Below are positions 24,907-28,182 of a stretch of 28,182 nucleotides of DNA, in pieces. Below the pieces are notes generated by a model. That model made no database searches, was not told the origin of the DNA, and worked only from the letters and a program-made list of their open reading frames with translations. The translations under genes were made by a program, and so were the position numbers. Numbering within the stretch: position 1 is the first letter of the stretch; each line of letters begins with the position of its first letter. This stretch comes from a virus (Duplodnaviria; Caudoviricetes), in IMG/VR virus record IMGVR_UViG_3300017707_002238, positions 1-28,182 of that record, one strand, 5' to 3'.

Positions 24907-25784
24907 TATACTTTGATGAGGTCCACATTCACATCATCACGAGAATCAATAATATCTTTCACTTGTTGACTATTATCGTAATGTCTAACAATATTCAATT
25001 CTTTTATTTTATCTACTTTCTTCTGATTTGATCCTGTTGCAAATACATGATCTTTTCTAATACCATATTTTTCTGCAAATGGTAGAAGTTCATTTATATC
25101 TTGTGCAGCAGATATGATATAAATGTTGTTTTTCTCATCAAATTCTTTTTGTAAGAGTCTTTTACCCTTATCAGTAGTCAATGTATCATGATAATCAAAA
25201 GAAACTCTTAGATCTTGAAATTTCTGATTCTTTGGATGTCCTTTAGGTAGAAGATCATTGTCTCCAACATACTTTCTATTTTCAGGTCTTCCTGTTCTAA
25301 CTAAATATAAAAATGCGTTTACTCGTGCTTGAGCCCATTGACCAGCCGATTGAACTGTTGGAGAATGTGAAACATTATAAGCTCCAATACCTCTTTGATA
25401 TACGGATTTTAACATTCCGACATTTACACCATATCCAAGTTTATCTTTATATCTTTCATTAAATGTATCGGCTTTCTTTTGTAGAGATTCTTCTACTGCT
25501 TTTGAAACCTCAGCACCTCTTGTCGTTGAAGCACTACCTTTTGCCGTTCCTTCTCCTTTTGGATTTGGATTTGGAGTATCAGATTTTGGAGCTTTCTTGG
25601 ATTCTTTGATTCCACCTCTTTCACCAATCTCGGCAAAATCACCAATTGCAATACCTTGAAGAATGGCAGATTTTCTTGCTTTATTACGAGATCCCTCATT
25701 GTTTGGAGTATAGGTATAACATTTACCTTGATCTCCCCATTTAAGACCTGGTTTACCTTCAAATTGACACTCTTTTATAGGCAT
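24906..25784 (-). CDS. Multidomain protein: N-terminal KWG motif, DUF5824-like domain, HAD-like domain
   Basis: GLKWGDQGKCYTY; LKSVYQRGIGAY...QWAQARVNAF; VSFDYHDTL...YIISA...K...HYDN. Confidence 0.6.
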   Translation of the reverse strand: MPIKECQFEGKPGLKWGDQGKCYTYTPNNEGSRNKARKSAILQGIAIGDFAEIGERGGIKESKKAPKSDTPNPNPKGEGTAKGSASTTRGAEVSKAVEESLQKKADTFNERYKDKLGYGVNVGMLKSVYQRGIGAYNVSHSPTVQSAGQWAQARVNAFLYLVRTGRPENRKYVGDNDLLPKGHPKNQKFQDLRVSFDYHDTLTTDKGKRLLQKEFDEKNNIYIISAAQDINELLPFAEKYGIRKDHVFATGSNQKKVDKIKELNIVRHYDNSQQVKDIIDSRDDVNVDLIKV

Positions 25785-25786
25785 AA

Positions 25787-25960
25787 TTATTGATTATTAA
25801 TTTCTTTAATATTTTTCAATTGTTGAATTTCTTCATAAATTGAAATTAAATGTTCTTCTTTTGATTTAATTTGAATATCAATATCAATATCAGGTAATTC
25901 TATTGTTTCAATACTAACAATTCCATGTTGATCGTAATTTATAATTTCTCTTGTAGCCAT
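25787..25960 (-). CDS. Unannotated 57-aa protein with C-terminal coiled coil (MATREIINYDQHG...IKSKEEHLISIYEEIQQLKNIKEINNQ)
   Basis: Translated by hand; paralog of 6199..6363; follows the long fibre gene. Confidence 0.85.
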   Translation of the reverse strand: MATREIINYDQHGIVSIETIELPDIDIDIQIKSKEEHLISIYEEIQQLKNIKEINNQ

Positions 25961-25978
25961 ATTTTATTTTAATTTAAT

Positions 25979-28182
25979 TTATGTTGAAAATCTTACATAT
26001 ACTGCAGGTAGGGAACCTGTTCCTCCATAATATCCATTTACAACCCAACTATCATAAAAACTTCCTGTACCACCATTTGTGAAGGTTGTAGGTATTGCAG
26101 GAAATGTAAAAGTGTTTGAAATTGCAACTTTATAATTAGTACTATATCCATCTGTGACATTTGGTCTACCTATTGATAATAATCCTGAAGCAAAATATGC
26201 ATATAAACCAACACTAGATAAATTTGTTCCATTAAAACCAACACCGAGCCAATATTGTGTACCAGCACTTAAAACATAAGGATCAAATGTAAAATTATGC
26301 ATTCTACAACATCCTCCACCCTGATATAAGTCAATTGTTGAACTAGACATTATCAATGAATTAGGATAATTATTTGAATCTGAATACATCACTAAAACTC
26401 CCTCAGCACCTGAACCTGTTCCTCCTTGATCTATTGTTAAACCTGAAATAATTGTATCCACTACAGGTATTACAGGATATGCTATAATTCTATTTTCAAA
26501 TCCATTACAAGCAACTTGAGTTGAATTTGAGGTAAGAGATAACATACCCATTTGATTTGGTACTTGAGTTGTATTAAAATGTATACCCCTTTTAGGTGTT
26601 GAGCTTCCACCACCTGATGTTCCTGAAGTTCCACTTGAACCTATACCTGAAGTTCCTGAAGATCCATTTGTTCCACTTGATCCATTAGCTCCACTTGAAC
26701 CATTAGTTCCACTTGATCCATTAGTTCCTGATGTACCAGCAGTTCCGCTAGTTCCATAAGATAAACCTGAAGTACCTGAAGAACCTGCCGTTCCACTTGT
26801 ACCAGGTAATCCTACTTCACCATGAGCAATAGCTGACCATTCAACAATTTGAGTAGTTGCCGTAAAAGGTATTTCAGCTGTAAATCCTGAAACTGTTTGA
26901 TTTCTAAAAGTACTTGGTGAAAAATTAGTTGCACTTGGTAAAGTATAATAAAGACTTATTGTATATGCTGTTGATCCAAATGGTTGTGCGAATACAACAT
27001 CATATAAATAAATCATATTAGGTACATCTTCATACCATCCACTTTCTCCTATGATCACACCTGATTTCGCAGATAATCCAAGACCTCCAACTCCACTTGT
27101 TCCTGAAGATCCACTTGAGCCACTAGTTCCACTCGAACCTGAGCTTCCATCCGTCCCACTTGTTCCATTTGCTCCTGAGGTTCCTGAACTACCACTAGTC
27201 CCACTCACACCACTACTACCATCTGTACCGCTAGTTCCTGAAGAGCCATCTGTTCCTGAAGAACCACTTGAACCGTCAGTACCTGAAGTTCCTGATGAAC
27301 CATCTGTTCCGCTTGTTCCTGAAGAACCATCCGTACCTGAACTTCCACTACTACCATCAGTTCCATTGGTTCCCGAAGTTCCATTAATACCACTTGTACC
27401 TGATGTTCCATTAGAGCCTGTTCCTCCTGATTGATAAAAAATCCGATTAGTATCTGTATCAATTGATAAAAATGTATTTGTTGAACCAGATGTTAAATTT
27501 TCAATATATAATTTTGAACCTACTGAAACACCTATTGTCATCCCTGATGTAGCTCCAGAATTTTGTGATTTAAAATAACCACCACCTGAATTCCCAATTT
27601 TAATGTAATTACCATCATTGGCTATATCACTTGATTGTGTTCCATTATAAAAATTTGCTGTTAATGCTGTATCAGAAATACCAAAACCTCCTGTTGCACC
27701 AGTTGTGACATATCCCATGTTAACTGAATTATCACTGGCTTGGGGTTCAAAGAATCCATAACCTAAATCACCAATGTTTTTTTGACCTGAAGGAAAGACA
27801 ATATTATTTGGACCTGTGGTATTACCAACAGTCAAAACACTCTGTAAATCAGGAGTTCCTGGACTTACACTCGACACTATTGTATTTCCACTTGCATCAA
27901 TTCCTAAGAATTGAGATGTTACTCCTGATGATAAACCACTAAATACAATTGTATCGCCAGCAGATACTTCAATATCGTATCCATTTGTGGCATTACCTTG
28001 AAATAATACTTGTGTTAAATTCGGAGTTGAAGTTGTTCCTGTTGATCCTGATAAAGAAATAGGTAAAATACCATTTTCGGTTCTAATCCATAATAAATCA
28101 TCAACCTCATTCAAATAAAACTCACCAACAAATAGATCTGTTGGAATCATTTGATTTAAGGTTACTGCTGTTACTGGCGGAA
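25979..28182 (-). CDS. Long tail fibre with collagen-like Ser/Gly/Thr stalks (5' end outside window; 757 aa if joined to ATG 384)
   Basis: Frame open to the window end; LxxVLxxGNxT repeats, two G-X-Y tracts flanking a small H-lectin/gp53-like beta domain, C-terminal domain paralogous to 6384..7214. Confidence 0.85.
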   Translation of the reverse strand, partial: PPVTAVTLNQMIPTDLFVGEFYLNEVDDLLWIRTENGILPISLSGSTGTTSTPNLTQVLFQGNATNGYDIEVSAGDTIVFSGLSSGVTSQFLGIDASGNTIVSSVSPGTPDLQSVLTVGNTTGPNNIVFPSGQKNIGDLGYGFFEPQASDNSVNMGYVTTGATGGFGISDTALTANFYNGTQSSDIANDGNYIKIGNSGGGYFKSQNSGATSGMTIGVSVGSKLYIENLTSGSTNTFLSIDTDTNRIFYQSGGTGSNGTSGTSGINGTSGTNGTDGSSGSSGTDGSSGTSGTDGSSGTSGTDGSSGSSGTDGSSGTSGTDGSSGVSGTSGSSGTSGANGTSGTDGSSGSSGTSGSSGSSGTSGVGGLGLSAKSGVIIGESGWYEDVPNMIYLYDVVFAQPFGSTAYTISLYYTLPSATNFSPSTFRNQTVSGFTAEIPFTATTQIVEWSAIAHGEVGLPGTSGTAGSSGTSGLSYGTSGTAGTSGTNGSSGTNGSSGANGSSGTNGSSGTSGIGSSGTSGTSGGGSSTPKRGIHFNTTQVPNQMGMLSLTSNSTQVACNGFENRIIAYPVIPVVDTIISGLTIDQGGTGSGAEGVLVMYSDSNNYPNSLIMSSSTIDLYQGGGCCRMHNFTFDPYVLSAGTQYWLGVGFNGTNLSSVGLYAYFASGLLSIGRPNVTDGYSTNYKVAISNTFTFPAIPTTFTNGGTGSFYDSWVVNGYYGGTGSLPAVYVRFST
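26608..26805. repeat. Coding 9/18-bp degenerate tandem repeat (SGTNGS units)
   Basis: Period visible in DNA (ccattagttccacttga...) and in protein. Confidence 0.85.
27095..27425. repeat. Coding 9/27-bp degenerate tandem repeat (SGTDGSSGT units)
   Basis: About 35 G-X-Y triplets with varied synonymous codons. Confidence 0.85.
27869..28182. repeat. Right copy of 314-bp imperfect direct terminal repeat
   Basis: See 1..314. Confidence 0.97.

Noticed and set aside
2321-25762. Other short alternative-frame or antisense ORFs inside long genes (e.g. 2321..2578, 5566..5775, 10786..11016, 19815..20042, 21559..21777, 25493..25762)
   Set aside because: Fully nested in well-supported genes, with no motifs or start context.
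26608-27425. CRISPR-like or non-coding repeat array
   Set aside because: Period is a multiple of 9 bp with synonymous variation and no unique spacers; it is in-frame coding sequence.
27051-27434. Plus-strand Pro/Glu/Val-rich ORFs (also 6976..7176)
   Set aside because: Antisense shadows of the Gly-Ser-Thr codon repeats, which lack stops on the opposite strand.
1-28182. Stop-codon recoding, tRNA genes, integrase/att sites, introns or inteins
   Set aside because: Genes tile densely under the standard bacterial code. I saw no cloverleaf, recombinase motif or interrupted core gene; TerL is contiguous and the HNH gene is free-standing.

Overview
AT-rich tailed dsDNA phage (siphovirus-like Caudoviricetes). 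The host is probably a member of the Bacteroidota: translation starts are A-rich with no Shine-Dalgarno, and TAnnTTTG promoter elements are present. The two ends share a 314-bp direct repeat (1..314 vs 27869..28182) that is imperfect (15 mismatches by my alignment). The window is therefore either a circular unit of about 27,868 bp with two alleles of the tail-fibre N-terminus, or a fragment bounded by two near-identical fibre genes. Almost everything is on the minus strand and morphogenetic: terminase small and large subunits, HNH-AP2 endonuclease, tail-assembly chaperone with a clear -1 frameshift, tail completion and neck proteins, two large tail-tip proteins, Ser/Gly/Thr collagen-like fibres, tape measure, XkdF-like prohead protease, holin, scaffold, major capsid, major tail, portal and adaptor. 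A small control region carries two divergently oriented sigma-70/ECF-like genes. The main hidden structure is: (1) a bipartite motif AAAAC-N15-ATATTTA at the head of six structural modules, a likely phage-sigma late promoter; (2) an antisense moron whose host-type promoter overlaps one of these sites; (3) three fibre-like genes each followed by an unannotated 52-57 aa coiled-coil gene; (4) two large-loop hairpins whose loops read as antisense to translation starts; (5) no recognisable replication, integration or endolysin genes. All product calls come from motif recognition and gene context, not from database searches.
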